DNA of 64,000 nucleotides from an uncultured delta proteobacterium (GTDB taxonomy: Bacteria > Myxococcota_A > Polyangia > Fen-1088). The notes under the pieces were generated by a model. The model made no database searches, was not told the DNA's origin, and worked only from the letters and a program-made list of their open reading frames with translations. The translations under genes were made by a program, and so were the position numbers. Location of the stretch: assembly GCA_963737265.1 (NCBI GenBank), contig CAVTRY010000011.1, positions 800,001 to 864,000 on the forward strand. The letters are read 5' to 3'. Shown in pieces: positions 33,034-46,770 of the stretch. Numbering within the stretch: position 1 is the first letter of the stretch; every line of letters begins with the position of its first letter.

Positions 33034-33427
33034 CGCCCGTGCAACGAGACGAACAGCTCGTGCGCAGGCACTTGGCCGCTCTCGACGGCGCCCTCGCCCA
33101 GGTGCGTCGTCATGCGGGCCGCCCGTTGGCCGCGCTGAAGAACTGTCCAAAAATTGGACAGTTCTTCAGCAGCCGAGCCAAGGGCTCGACCGCAGGTGGG
33201 GTGAAGTCCGCGAATTTACTTCGCGGACGAGGGGAGGGCAGCGGCCCTCCCTTCAAAAATCTTCAAGACGGGTCCATTTATGGACACGTCTTGAGCGCAG
33301 ACCTTGACGAGCGCTGGGCGGTCGAACGGGGATTGCAGGTCTGCGCCCAGAACTGCATCGACATCGCCACCCACCTCGCCACCAGCGCGGGGCACAGCTT
33401 GACCGACTACGCGTCAGCGTCACCCAA

Positions 33428-33431
<4 letters not shown>
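33030..33431 (+). pseudogene. HEPN/DUF86 (HepT) toxin, MITE-interrupted and C-terminally truncated
   Basis: ATGA-coupled to MNT; ERWAVERGLQVCAQNCIDIATHL is DUF86-like; a 52-codon insertion is present; ORF ends at DYASASPN without the RxxxxH motif. Confidence 0.8.
33136..33294. mobile_element. 153-bp MITE (33139-33291) with TGA target duplication
   Basis: TIRs AGAACTGTCCAAAAAT vs AGACGTGTCCATAAAT (13/16); TGA at 33136-38 and 33292-94; removal restores ...RPLAALSADLDERW... Confidence 0.85.
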
Positions 33432-35793
<2,362 letters not shown>

Positions 35794-35800
<7 letters not shown>

Positions 35801-36114
35801 GGTTGTCTCCGCACCGAACATTGAAGAGGCATCTCGTGTTTGCGCGCGAACGTGACGACCTGGTTCGCCTTGGTCTCGGCGATATCGCGCGAAAACACGC
35901 CGGCCACGCCCGTCCCCTTGGTGTGGACGTGGAGCATGATCTCGTTGGCCGTGGCAGCGTCGTGGTTGAAAAACTTCATGAGCACATACACGACAAAGAC
36001 CTGCGTGGTGTAGTCATCGTTGTGAAGCACGACCTCGTAAAGGCGTGGCCGTTCCAGCGCAACCTTGTCGAGCGTGGCTATGTCGCGCTCTTCTCGTTGG
36101 TTCTCCTTCGGCAT
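35794..36114 (-). CDS. clpS: Clp adaptor ClpS
   Basis: YEVVLHNDDYTT, MLHVHTKG, DIAETK. Confidence 0.96.
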
Positions 36115-36223
36115 GACGTTCTAGTCCGTCTAGCTTGGCACGAGCGCGGAAACGATCAAGCGCGCTGTCCAACTACCAACCGCCGCCGTGCCTTCGAAGC
36201 CGCTCGGCGTATACTTTGCGGAA

Positions 36224-37603
36224 ATGGATCTCTCATTCTTCGACAAAGCGGCTTGCGCCGAGAGGCGTCGGCGCCTGGCTTCGCGCCTGGGTAGCCGGCC
36301 CGGCCTTGTAGCCGCTGGTGCTCCGCGCCCGCGAGGTACCTACCGTGGACACTATCTGTTTCGCGCCTCGAGCCACTTCCTCTATCTGTTCGGCCTGCAC
36401 CTGCCGCGGGCGATGGCGCTGTGGAATGGAGAAGAGTGGCGGCTTTATCTGCCCGAGCCGGCACCGGAGGCCGCGCTGTGGACGGGGCCAGAGCCGAAAT
36501 TCGATGAGCTGGCTGACATCGTCGGCGTTCCCATCCTGGCGCAGTCGAGGCTTGACGAGCAGCCGAACCGAAACGCAACCGCCACCCTGCCATCGCCGGA
36601 TGTCGAGACGTGTCTGGAGCAGTCTGCCCTGCTCGGTCGAGAGATTCGGCCGGGCAAGCTGGCAACGGTTGACGAGCCCCTGGCCGATGCCCTCATCGAG
36701 CTGCGGCTGGTCCACGACGAAGCCGGCATCGCCCGTCTGCGCGAAGCGACCCAGGCCACGGCGGCAGCGCACGTAGCGGGCCTGCGGGCCACCAGGCCTG
36801 GCGTCGGCGAGAGCGTCGTGCGCGCGGCTATCGAGTCTGAGCTGGTCGCGCGCAACATGAACACCTCCTACAACTCAATCGTCACCGTGCACGGCGAGGT
36901 GCTGCACAACGAGGCCTATCACCACCTGCTCGCCAACGGCGATCTTCTCCTCGTCGACGCAGGGGCCGAAACCGCCGGAGGATGGGCTGGCGACGTCACG
37001 CGCACCTGGCCGGTGGGCGGACGCTACTCGCCCACGCAACGCGACCTCTACGAAATCGTGCTACGCGCGCAAATGGCTGCGGCGGACGCCATCCGCCCGG
37101 GCGTGCGCTACCTGGATTTGCAAGGTATCGCCGCCCGTGCCATCGGCGAAGGATTGGTAGGTCTCGGCATCTTGAAAGGCGATCCGGCCGAGCTGGTCGG
37201 CGACGGTGTGGTGGCGTTGTTTTTCCCCCACGGGGTCGGGCATCTCATCGGCCTCGACGTACACGACCTCGAGGATCTGGGCGACCGCGCGACCTACGCC
37301 CCGGGGCGCACGCGCTCGACCAACCCGGGCCTCAAGGCCCTTCGCCTTGACCGCGACCTGGTGGCGGGCATGGCCGTCACCGTCGAGCCCGGCTTCTACC
37401 AAGTCGCGGCCATCCTCGACGATCCCGAGCGCACCAGCGCCGCCAAGGATTGCCTGCGCCGCGATCGCCTCGCCGCTTTCCGCGACGTTCAGGGCATCCG
37501 CATCGAAGACACGATTCTGGTGACGCGCGAGGGGCACGAAAACCTCACCAGCAGCATTCCCAAGACGGTCTCGGCCGTCGAGGCGGCGATGCGCGCTACT
37601 TGA
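36224..37603 (+). CDS. pepP: Xaa-Pro aminopeptidase (M24)
   Basis: VLHN, DAGAE...GDVTRTWP, HGVGHLIGLDVHD, TVEPG, GIRIED. Confidence 0.9.
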   Translation: MDLSFFDKAACAERRRRLASRLGSRPGLVAAGAPRPRGTYRGHYLFRASSHFLYLFGLHLPRAMALWNGEEWRLYLPEPAPEAALWTGPEPKFDELADIVGVPILAQSRLDEQPNRNATATLPSPDVETCLEQSALLGREIRPGKLATVDEPLADALIELRLVHDEAGIARLREATQATAAAHVAGLRATRPGVGESVVRAAIESELVARNMNTSYNSIVTVHGEVLHNEAYHHLLANGDLLLVDAGAETAGGWAGDVTRTWPVGGRYSPTQRDLYEIVLRAQMAAADAIRPGVRYLDLQGIAARAIGEGLVGLGILKGDPAELVGDGVVALFFPHGVGHLIGLDVHDLEDLGDRATYAPGRTRSTNPGLKALRLDRDLVAGMAVTVEPGFYQVAAILDDPERTSAAKDCLRRDRLAAFRDVQGIRIEDTILVTREGHENLTSSIPKTVSAVEAAMRAT

Positions 37604-39200
37604 CGAAGGTGAATGCCACGTAGGTGGCAGCGGCCAAGAGCACGAGCACGAGCGCCGCGCGAACGATCCTTCCCGCGCGGCCGCGCCGGGCCGGAAAGTC
37701 GGAGGTCTCGGTGCCCGTCTTGGTTGGGCCTCCAACGCGCGCGCAAGGCGCGGCCAGCGGCGGCACGTAGTTCCGTTCCTCGATGGGTCGGATCGGACGA
37801 ACGGGTATCTTCGCTGCGGCTGGGAACAAGGGTAGCGAGTGGCTCTCGCCCTTTAGGCCCTGCTGAGGATGGTCCGCGAGTCGGGTTGGGTTTCCGGGGT
37901 CCAAGTTGATGACGAGAGCGCTCATCTGCATCCGCTCTTGGCTCCGTGCCGCGGGCTCGTCGATGCGTAAGCCGAGGCTTGTACGCAGGTCCTCGATCTC
38001 CTTGCGGCGGTCTTCGTCGCTGAAGGCGACCTCGGGAAGTTGCACGATGGGCAAGTCCTCGGTGGTGGTGGCGAGCTCGTCGAGGTAGAGCGGCACGTGG
38101 GCGCCCCGCGCCGGCGTGCGCGCCGACGACGGAACCGTCGCATCAAGCTCGGCGAGCTTTCCCAGCGCCACGCAAAAATCCGCCGCGCTTTGAATGCGCT
38201 GGCCAGGCTGTTTAGCCAGTAGTTGCATGATGAGCCCGTTCATGGCGGGGCTGACCGCGGCAGGCGCAATCTCGATCGGCAGCACGGGAATGACCTCGAC
38301 GTGGGCCTGCCAGATGTCGAGCGAGGTTGGCCCGTCAATCGGAAGCCTTCCGGTCAGGGTTTCATAAAGCAGCACGCCGAGCGCGTAGAGATCCGAGCGC
38401 GCGTCGATCTTCGTGCCACGGCACTGCTCGGGAGACATGTAGTGGGGTGTGCCCACGTTGACGCCCGCGGCGGTGCGCGGGCCACCGGTGCTAAGATGCG
38501 CGGGCACGCCTTCCACCAGCTTCGCCAAGCCGAAATCGACGAGCTTGATCTTGTGGCCGTCGGCCTGCGCCCCGGACAGCAGAAGGATGTTTTCGGGCTT
38601 GAGGTCGCGGTGAACGATGCCTTTGGCGTGGACGGCAACCAGCGCGCGCCCGATTTCCAGAAAAATTGGAATGGCCTCGGCCAAGGGCAGGCGCACGCGC
38701 TCGCGCAGGACGTCGCCCAGGTTGCGCCCTTCGAGAAATTCCATCACGTAGTAGTGGCGCCCGTCGGTGAGGCAGCCGAACGAGAAGATGTCGACCAAAC
38801 CTGGATGTTGGATGTCGTTGACGGCACGCGCTTCGAGCACGAAGCGACGGATGGCGTTCTTGTTCTTGGCCAGCTTGGCGGCGAGGACCTTGATGGCGAC
38901 CTTCTTGCCGATGATGGGATGGACGGCGCTGTACACCGTCCCCATGCCGCCTTCACCGATGCGGTCCTGAATCTGGTATTCGCCTACCAGAGTACCCGGC
39001 GACAGCTTCGTGCCAAGGGAAGTCCCCACCACGCCGAATTCAGGTGCGGCCGGCGACGACGGTGAAACGGCGGGCAAATCCACGGGTGGCGTGAACGCGG
39101 GCGCACCGCTCGCGACGGTCCTGATGTTGGATCGACAGTCGAAGGTGGATCCCGGACTGTGCGCTGGCTTGCCACAGTGCGGGCACAGGTCAGGTTCCAT
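37596..39200 (-). CDS. Hanks-type Ser/Thr protein kinase with C-terminal TM
   Basis: GEGGMGTVY, VAIK, HRDLKPEN, DFG, GTPHYMSPEQ, DLYALG. Confidence 0.95.
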   Translation of the reverse strand: MEPDLCPHCGKPAHSPGSTFDCRSNIRTVASGAPAFTPPVDLPAVSPSSPAAPEFGVVGTSLGTKLSPGTLVGEYQIQDRIGEGGMGTVYSAVHPIIGKKVAIKVLAAKLAKNKNAIRRFVLEARAVNDIQHPGLVDIFSFGCLTDGRHYYVMEFLEGRNLGDVLRERVRLPLAEAIPIFLEIGRALVAVHAKGIVHRDLKPENILLLSGAQADGHKIKLVDFGLAKLVEGVPAHLSTGGPRTAAGVNVGTPHYMSPEQCRGTKIDARSDLYALGVLLYETLTGRLPIDGPTSLDIWQAHVEVIPVLPIEIAPAAVSPAMNGLIMQLLAKQPGQRIQSAADFCVALGKLAELDATVPSSARTPARGAHVPLYLDELATTTEDLPIVQLPEVAFSDEDRRKEIEDLRTSLGLRIDEPAARSQERMQMSALVINLDPGNPTRLADHPQQGLKGESHSLPLFPAAAKIPVRPIRPIEERNYVPPLAAPCARVGGPTKTGTETSDFPARRGRAGRIVRAALVLVLLAAATYVAFTFVK

Positions 39201-39280
39201 GTTCGGGCGCAGATTCTATCCCGGGCGGACCCATCTGCCGACGACTTTCCCGATGACTTTCCCGACGGATACCACGCGGG

Positions 39281-40537
<1,257 letters not shown>

Positions 40538-40540
40538 CCC

Positions 40541-40780
40541 CTACTTGACGCGCGCTTTGACGTAGTTTACGACGTCGCCCACGGTCTTGATCTTCTCGGC
40601 GTCCTCGTCAGGGATTTCCAAGCCAAATGCCTCTTCGATCGCCAGCACAAGCTCGACAACGGAAAGCGAGTCCGCCTTGAGATCGTCCATGAAAAGCGCG
40701 TTCATGGTGACCTTTTCCGCCGGCACCTCGAACTGCTCGGCGACGATTTTTTTGACCTTCTCTTCGATGTTCTCAGCCAT
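40541..40780 (-). CDS. acpP: Acyl carrier protein
   Basis: [26 protein letters not shown]. Confidence 0.97.
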   Translation of the reverse strand: MAENIEEKVKKIVAEQFEVPAEKVTMNALFMDDLKADSLSVVELVLAIEEAFGLEIPDEDAEKIKTVGDVVNYVKARVK

Positions 40781-40833
40781 TCTCGAATCCTCTTCTTACA
40801 ACAAGTTGGTGTGAGCGTCGTGGAACAGATAGG

Positions 40834-41586
40834 TTACATGAAAAGACCGCCATTGACCCGGAGGACCTGGCCGGTAATGTAGCCGGCTGCGGGTCCGACC
40901 AAGAACGCAACCGCGGGCGCGACCTCGGCGGGCGTGCCGACGCGGCCTAGTGGGATGGCTTTGATGAGCTCCTCCCGGCGTGCGGAGGAAAGATCGGCTG
41001 CGGTCATGTCGGTTTCGATGAATCCGGGCGAAACCGCGTTCACCGTGAGACCGCGCGACGCGTACTCGCGCGCCCAGGTCTTGGTGAGCCCGATGACGCC
41101 GGCCTTGGCCGCGGCGTAGGGCGCTTGGCCAGCCGAGCCGATTTCACCGACGATCGACGTGATATTGACGATTCGCCCGCCGCCGGGCGCGCGCATGAGC
41201 GACCGCAACGCCGCACGCGTGCAGTTGAACGTCCCGCCCAGGTTGACGTCGATGGCGCGGCGAAAATCCGCATCCTTCGCGCCCAAGGTCAGGGTGTTGA
41301 CGGCCACGCCAGCATTGTTCACCAGAATGTGAATGGCGCCGCAGCTGGCGATGATCTCCTTCACCCGCGCGTCGACGGCCGATGGATCGGACACATCGAA
41401 GGCCATGGCGGTGGCCTCGCCTCCCGCCTGCGCGACGGCGGCCACCGTTTCCGCGGCGGCACCGTCGTTGCTGTGGAAATTGACGATGACCCTGGCTCCC
41501 AGCGCACCGAGCGCGACGGCCACGGCGCGACCGATGCCCCGCGATGCCCCGGTCACCACCGCGACGCGGCCGACAAGGTCGCGCAC
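40834..41586 (-). CDS. fabG: 3-oxoacyl-ACP reductase
   Basis: TGASRGIG, NNAG, YAAAK, PGFIETDMT; operon context. Confidence 0.93.
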   Translation of the reverse strand: MRDLVGRVAVVTGASRGIGRAVAVALGALGARVIVNFHSNDGAAAETVAAVAQAGGEATAMAFDVSDPSAVDARVKEIIASCGAIHILVNNAGVAVNTLTLGAKDADFRRAIDVNLGGTFNCTRAALRSLMRAPGGGRIVNITSIVGEIGSAGQAPYAAAKAGVIGLTKTWAREYASRGLTVNAVSPGFIETDMTAADLSSARREELIKAIPLGRVGTPAEVAPAVAFLVGPAAGYITGQVLRVNGGLFM

Positions 41587-41589
41587 AGT

Positions 41590-42663
41590 CTACTTCTCCT
41601 CTGGGTTGGCTGACGTGGCGCCGGCCCACAGGAATGCGTGCGCCGACATGGAACGCTCGATTTCGCTGCGCAGATCGATCTTGGCGTACTCGCCAGCGGT
41701 GAGCACGGCGTTCTTGATCGCGCGCGCGTCCGAGCCACCGTGGCAAACGATGACCACGCCGTCGATGCCAATGAGCGGCGCTCCGCCCGTCTCGGCGTAG
41801 TCCGAGCGATGCTTGAATCGACGCAAAGCCGGCCGCATCAGCCACGCGCCGAGCTTCTCCAGGATGCTTCCGTGCATCACCTCTTCTTTGACTGCGTCGC
41901 CGATCCACTCGACGACGCCTTCACACCCCTTGAGCAGGACGTTGCCGGTGAAGCCGTCGGTAACCACGACGTCCGCGGTCCCCTTGAAAATGTCGCGGCC
42001 CTCGACGTAGCCGAGAAACTCGAATTCGGCGCTGGCGTCGCTAGCGTGAGCTCGGCTGAGCAGCTTGAAGGCGTCGCGCGTGAGCGCGGTCCCCTTCTGC
42101 TCCTCGGTACCATTCGACAGAATGCCGACGCGCGGGCGAGCCTTCTTGTGTTGCAGACGCGCGTAGGTCGAGCCGAGCACGGCGAACTGTGCCAGCACGG
42201 ACGGGCGCAAATCGACATTGGCGCCCATGTCGAGCAGGGCACACTGGCCGGTCTTCGTCGGGAAGGTGGTCGCGATGGCGGGGCGTTCGACGGCGCCGAT
42301 GCGACCAAGAACGATGAGCGCGCCCGCCATAAGCGCGCCAGAATTTCCAGCCGAGACCACAGCGTCCACCTCGCCTGCCTTGGCCAGATCGAAGCAAACG
42401 CGCAGCGAGGATGCCTTCTTGTGGCGAAAAGCGATGGCTGGCGCTTCGTCCATCCCCACCGTATCGGGTGCGTGACGGATCTGGATGCGTTCGAGCGGTG
42501 CGCCGGGCCCGGACTCGCCGAGGACTTGGCGAAGGCGCGGCTCTTCCCCGACCAATACGACATCGAGGCCACTCGCCGCGACGGCGGCAAGGACACCATC
42601 AACCTCGACACGAGGTGCTCCATCGGAGCCCATCGCGTCGACTGCGATCCGGATCTTGCTCAG
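41590..42663 (-). CDS. plsX: Phosphate acyltransferase PlsX (probable CTG start)
   Basis: IAVDAMGSD, SAGNSGA, LDMGAN, VTDGFTGN, GGAPLIG, CHG. Confidence 0.93.
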   Translation of the reverse strand: MSKIRIAVDAMGSDGAPRVEVDGVLAAVAASGLDVVLVGEEPRLRQVLGESGPGAPLERIQIRHAPDTVGMDEAPAIAFRHKKASSLRVCFDLAKAGEVDAVVSAGNSGALMAGALIVLGRIGAVERPAIATTFPTKTGQCALLDMGANVDLRPSVLAQFAVLGSTYARLQHKKARPRVGILSNGTEEQKGTALTRDAFKLLSRAHASDASAEFEFLGYVEGRDIFKGTADVVVTDGFTGNVLLKGCEGVVEWIGDAVKEEVMHGSILEKLGAWLMRPALRRFKHRSDYAETGGAPLIGIDGVVIVCHGGSDARAIKNAVLTAGEYAKIDLRSEIERSMSAHAFLWAGATSANPEEK

Positions 42664-42854
42664 GCGCTCTCCTCTTCGGTCTTCTCTACCACCATCCGAT
42701 CCTTGTAATAGCCGCAGGCCACGCACAGCCGATGCGAGACGCGCGGTTCGCCGCAACGTGGACAGGGCACGAAGTGCGGGATCGGCTGTTTCATGACTTG
42801 AGCCCGGCGAATCGCCGAGCGGGACTTGGATTGCTTTCTCTTGGGAACTGCCAT
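42660..42854 (-). CDS. rpmF: 50S ribosomal protein L32
   Basis: MAVPKRKQSKSR, CPRC...HRLCVACGYY. Confidence 0.97.
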   Translation of the reverse strand: MAVPKRKQSKSRSAIRRAQVMKQPIPHFVPCPRCGEPRVSHRLCVACGYYKDRMVVEKTEEESA

Positions 42855-42927
42855 TTTCGCCTCTTTGGTGTTTCGAGAACGAGCCCTGCCTGCGGCGGAG
42901 CGACGGTCTTGATTACGGTGGTTGTTA

Positions 42928-43449
42928 CTACTGAAGCTTCACTTTTACCAGCGCGCCGAGCTTGGAAGTTTCAAGCGGCCGCTTTTCGCACCCGCAGGGT
43001 GTCAGGTTCCGATTGACGCCGCAAGTGGGACAAATCCCCGCGCAGTCGGGACGACAGACCGGAGTCATCGGGATGGCCAGCAAAATCTCGTCTCGGATGG
43101 GCAGGCCGACATCGATGACGCCATGCTGAAAGTTGACGATGTCATCGGGTGCATCGTCCTCATCGCCAACTTCCGGCTCATCTCCCTCGATGAACGTGGC
43201 CACGATGGGGGAATCAATCGGAACGGCGGCGGTCTCGAGACAGCGCGCACAGGGTACGGTCAGGCCGCCGCGCAGGGTTCCACGCAAGAGATATCCTTCT
43301 CCGACCGGCTCCAGGCGTCCGTCGAGAACTACGCCAGCCTCGGACAGACAGAGGGACGGGTCTGGGCATTCCGCCGCTAGCCACGCCTCACTGACTGCCA
43401 CGCGAACGTCGATCCCATCCTCGCCGATGTCTTTGATTTTGTACCGCAT
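42928..43449 (-). CDS. yceD: DUF177/YceD protein
   Basis: PCARCL, CRPDCAGICPTCG; upstream of rpmF. Confidence 0.9.
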   Translation of the reverse strand: MRYKIKDIGEDGIDVRVAVSEAWLAAECPDPSLCLSEAGVVLDGRLEPVGEGYLLRGTLRGGLTVPCARCLETAAVPIDSPIVATFIEGDEPEVGDEDDAPDDIVNFQHGVIDVGLPIRDEILLAIPMTPVCRPDCAGICPTCGVNRNLTPCGCEKRPLETSKLGALVKVKLQ

Positions 43450-43489
43450 GGCAACACCCGCCCTCCGACCCGGGAGCAGGGAGCCAGTA

Positions 43490-43517
43490 ACTATAGGAAG
43501 CACCGGCTCCGCGTCAA
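43490..43517 (-). promoter_or_regulatory. Sigma70 promoter of the yceD-rpmF-plsX-fab operon
   Basis: TTGACG-16 nt-TATAGT. Confidence 0.55.
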
Positions 43518-43567
43518 GCTCCGCTGAAAGGATCTGGCCAATTTTAGGGCCTTGCGAAGGCTCTGGG

Positions 43568-45091
43568 CTACTTACCAGCCGAGGATGCAGCGCTGCCAAA
43601 GCCAAACAGTAGCAGCGATTTCAGATCCTCGTCGTTAAAGACCAACTGGGCGCCCAGGAACCAGTCAAAGGAGCCGCCGGCCAGCCCTTGAGTTTTTTGC
43701 CGGTTGAGGACGTCATCCACGCCCCCGAGGAGATACACAAGGTGCTTGTAGACGGCGAGGTAGGCGCGCCCGGCGAGGCGGGGATACTGGTTGAACCGCA
43801 TGTCGAAGAGATCCGTACTAAGGACCAGGCGATCGTCGAAGAAATAGGCGTCGGCGCCCACTCCGCCTGTCGATTCCTTGATTCCAAATCGACCGGCCAC
43901 GGGACCGATGCGCTTGCCGAATTGAAACGTGAATCGGAGCTGCTCGGTGGTCGTGATGGTCTCCGTCGAGGAGCTGCCAATCAGCGAGCTCTGACTAACG
44001 ACCGACTGCCTGGTGCTATTCCCACGTGGATCATCGACGAGCTCAATCAAGAAGAACTTATCCGGACGCGGCATCAGCGTAACCGCGAAGTAGTTCTTGA
44101 AGGTGCCGGCCAGGTAGTTGTATTCGCTGCGAAGCCCGACGATGGTCTGCAGGCGGGAAACCCCGTGCAACAAGGTATTCGCGTCGTCGGTGATGCTGTC
44201 GAGGTTCTTGGCCACGGTGTCGTCGGCGATGAGATGTCCGACCGTGCCCTCGCCGTCGGCCATCTTGCCGGTAATCTTCTCGACGTGGTTGAGAGATTTA
44301 TCCAGACTGTCCACGCTATGCTGCAGTTTCTGCAAGGACGAGCGCAGGTCCTCGCCGGCGCCCGAAACCTGTCCCTGCGTGGTGCCGACCAAGCCCTTGA
44401 GGCCTTCGGTAATTTCGCGAACATTGTGCAGGGCAATCTTGACGTCATCCGCTTCGGATTTGGTGACACCCTCGACGGTGGCCGCGATCTCGTCCATGCG
44501 CCCGAGCAGACGTTCGACGATGACCGAGTTCCTTTCGATCAGCTCGTTGGTGTTGTTCGCGATGTCCTTGATCGGCCCCGACGTCAACCCCTTGAGGTCT
44601 TCGAGGATCGCCTTGAGCACCGGCAGCGTGCTGCCCACCGCGTCCATGATCTCGCCCATCTCCGCCGGCTCGGTCACTTTCTTGATCTGGTCGCCTTCCT
44701 GGAGGCGCGGCACGTCGACCCTCTTCCCGTCCTTGATGGCGTACGGCGTGCCCGGATCGATGTCGAGGTAGTACTCGCCGAGCAGCGAGGCGGACTTTTT
44801 GCCGAGCGATGCGTTCGCGTACAGGCGAATCTGCGGGTCGATTCGCAAAAACACCTTCGCCTTGCCGGATTCTTGGTCGAGCACGCGCTCCTCGACCTGG
44901 CCCACGCGCAAGCCGGCGGACAGCACGCGGGTCTTTTCGTAAAGACCGATGGCATTGCCGAACAAGCCGTAGACGCGATAGCCCTTGCCGCCCGCCATCC
45001 GCTCCGAGGTGTACTGGAAGAGCAGGTAGGACGTTACCAGCACCACCAGGGCTAGCGATCCGACGGTGAGGGCGGCGAAACTACGCCTCAT
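43568..45091 (-). CDS. mlaD: MlaD/MCE family protein with long helical region and C-terminal beta-rich domain
   Basis: N-terminal TM, AIGL...V..AGLRVGQV, SLLGEYYLDIDPG. Confidence 0.88.
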   Translation of the reverse strand: MRRSFAALTVGSLALVVLVTSYLLFQYTSERMAGGKGYRVYGLFGNAIGLYEKTRVLSAGLRVGQVEERVLDQESGKAKVFLRIDPQIRLYANASLGKKSASLLGEYYLDIDPGTPYAIKDGKRVDVPRLQEGDQIKKVTEPAEMGEIMDAVGSTLPVLKAILEDLKGLTSGPIKDIANNTNELIERNSVIVERLLGRMDEIAATVEGVTKSEADDVKIALHNVREITEGLKGLVGTTQGQVSGAGEDLRSSLQKLQHSVDSLDKSLNHVEKITGKMADGEGTVGHLIADDTVAKNLDSITDDANTLLHGVSRLQTIVGLRSEYNYLAGTFKNYFAVTLMPRPDKFFLIELVDDPRGNSTRQSVVSQSSLIGSSSTETITTTEQLRFTFQFGKRIGPVAGRFGIKESTGGVGADAYFFDDRLVLSTDLFDMRFNQYPRLAGRAYLAVYKHLVYLLGGVDDVLNRQKTQGLAGGSFDWFLGAQLVFNDEDLKSLLLFGFGSAASSAGK

Positions 45092-45906
45092 GCCGGCGCG
45101 CTCCCCGCTTGGCCAAATTGAATCGTGCCCGAGGCTTCCGCGAATTCCTTCAACACGGGATGGGGTCTGGCCATGATTTCCGCGCGCGTTCCATTGGCGA
45201 CGATGACCCCATCGTAGAGCATGGCGATGCGATCGGCGATGCGAAACGTCGACGCCATGTCGTGGGAAATCACGACCGAGGTGACGCCGAATTCATCCGC
45301 GGTCCGCCTGATCATTTGGTCGACATTCTTGGTGGCAATGGGGTCAAGCCCGGTGGTGGGCTCATCGTAGAGCAGAATCTCCGGCCGGTCGATGAGTGCG
45401 CGCGCAAGTCCCACGCGCTTTCGCATACCACCAGAAAGCTCGGCGGGGAACTTCTGTTCGATGCCCGCCGTCTTGGCCAGGTCCAGCCGCACGAGCAAGG
45501 CACGCACGCGATCCAGGACTTCCTGTTTGGGCAGGCGATAACGCTCGAGCAGTGGAAAGGCGATGTTCTCCACCACGTTTTGCGAATCGAAGAGCGCGGC
45601 GTACTGAAAGACCATGCCGAATTTGCGCTGAATTTTCGCGATGGCCACGTCGCCCAAACCAACGATGTCTTCGCCGTCGACGTAGATATGGCCGCTGTCG
45701 GGCGCCAGCAGTCCCATGAGGTGCTTCATGAGCACCGACTTGCCCTGCCCCGAGCCGCCGATGATGATGTTGATCTTGCCGCGCTCGATATCCAAATTCA
45801 CGCCGCCGAGCACGTGCTGCGTCCCAAAGGACTTGTGTAGATCCCGGATCTGAATCTGCCAGCGTTCGTCCCGCTTTGCCTCGCGCTTTGAAATCTCGTC
45901 AGCCAT
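45088..45906 (-). CDS. mlaF: MlaF ABC ATP-binding protein
   Basis: GGSGQGKS, FQYAALFDS, LSGGMRKRVGLARA, YDEPTTGLDP. Confidence 0.93.
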   Translation of the reverse strand: MADEISKREAKRDERWQIQIRDLHKSFGTQHVLGGVNLDIERGKINIIIGGSGQGKSVLMKHLMGLLAPDSGHIYVDGEDIVGLGDVAIAKIQRKFGMVFQYAALFDSQNVVENIAFPLLERYRLPKQEVLDRVRALLVRLDLAKTAGIEQKFPAELSGGMRKRVGLARALIDRPEILLYDEPTTGLDPIATKNVDQMIRRTADEFGVTSVVISHDMASTFRIADRIAMLYDGVIVANGTRAEIMARPHPVLKEFAEASGTIQFGQAGSAPA

Positions 45907-46770
45907 CTAGGAACCGTAGGGAAAGAGGACGTTCATGATTTGGATTAGGAAGTAGTCCAGAACCAGCACGGTAACCGAGGTCGAGACCACCGCCCGCGTG
46001 GTCGCCAGCCCGACCTCCTTGGCGCCGCCGCGCACGCCGAGGCCCTGATAGCAAGCGCACGTCGCCATGGTCAGGCCGAAGAAGAATGCCTTGATCAGTC
46101 CCTCGATGTAATCGATTGGATCGACGCCCTGACGAAAAAGAGCCAGCACCTGGCCCAGATCGATCTGGTAGGAAATGATAGCCACCACATAGACCCCTAT
46201 CAGACCAACGACGTTGAACACCATGCACATGACCGGCAACATCAAGGCCGAAGCGACCAAACGCGGCGTGACCAGATATTGCACTGGATTCACGGCGAAC
46301 GTCGTGAGCGCATCCACCTGTTCGGTGATACGCATGGAAGCAAGCTCCGTCGCCATGCCCGAGCCGGCGCGAGCCGTGATCATGAGCGCGGTGAACACCG
46401 GGGCCAACTCGCGCGCCAGCGAAATGCCGACGCCAAAACCCACGTAGCGCTGCTGCTCGAAAAGCGAAAGGGCGAGAATCGCCTGCAGGGACGTGACCGC
46501 CCCAGTGAAGAAACCGACCAGCATGATGATCGGCAGCGAGCCCACGCCCACGAACTCCATCTGCTCGAGAAACAGCCGCAGGCGGAAGGGTCTCCGCAAA
46601 AGCCACGCGAGGGCGCGACCGAGCAGAATGATGTGCGCACCAAACACCGTGACGGCGTTGGGGACGGGCGAAAATATGCGGCCCACCGCCGCGAGGGGAT
46701 GAAACTTGCTGGCGGGCGGGGGTGGCGGAACGACCGCTTCCGTCGAGGGCGTCGCGGATGGCTTCGTCAT
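45907..46770 (-). CDS. mlaE: MlaE ABC permease
   Basis: RELAPVFTAL, ELASMRITEQVDAL, GGAKEVGLATTRAVV. Confidence 0.95.
   Translation of the reverse strand: MTKPSATPSTEAVVPPPPPASKFHPLAAVGRIFSPVPNAVTVFGAHIILLGRALAWLLRRPFRLRLFLEQMEFVGVGSLPIIMLVGFFTGAVTSLQAILALSLFEQQRYVGFGVGISLARELAPVFTALMITARAGSGMATELASMRITEQVDALTTFAVNPVQYLVTPRLVASALMLPVMCMVFNVVGLIGVYVVAIISYQIDLGQVLALFRQGVDPIDYIEGLIKAFFFGLTMATCACYQGLGVRGGAKEVGLATTRAVVSTSVTVLVLDYFLIQIMNVLFPYGS

Noticed and set aside
39238-39268. 12-bp duplication GACTTTCCCGAY between the kinase and fabF
   Set aside because: Only two copies; no functional inference possible
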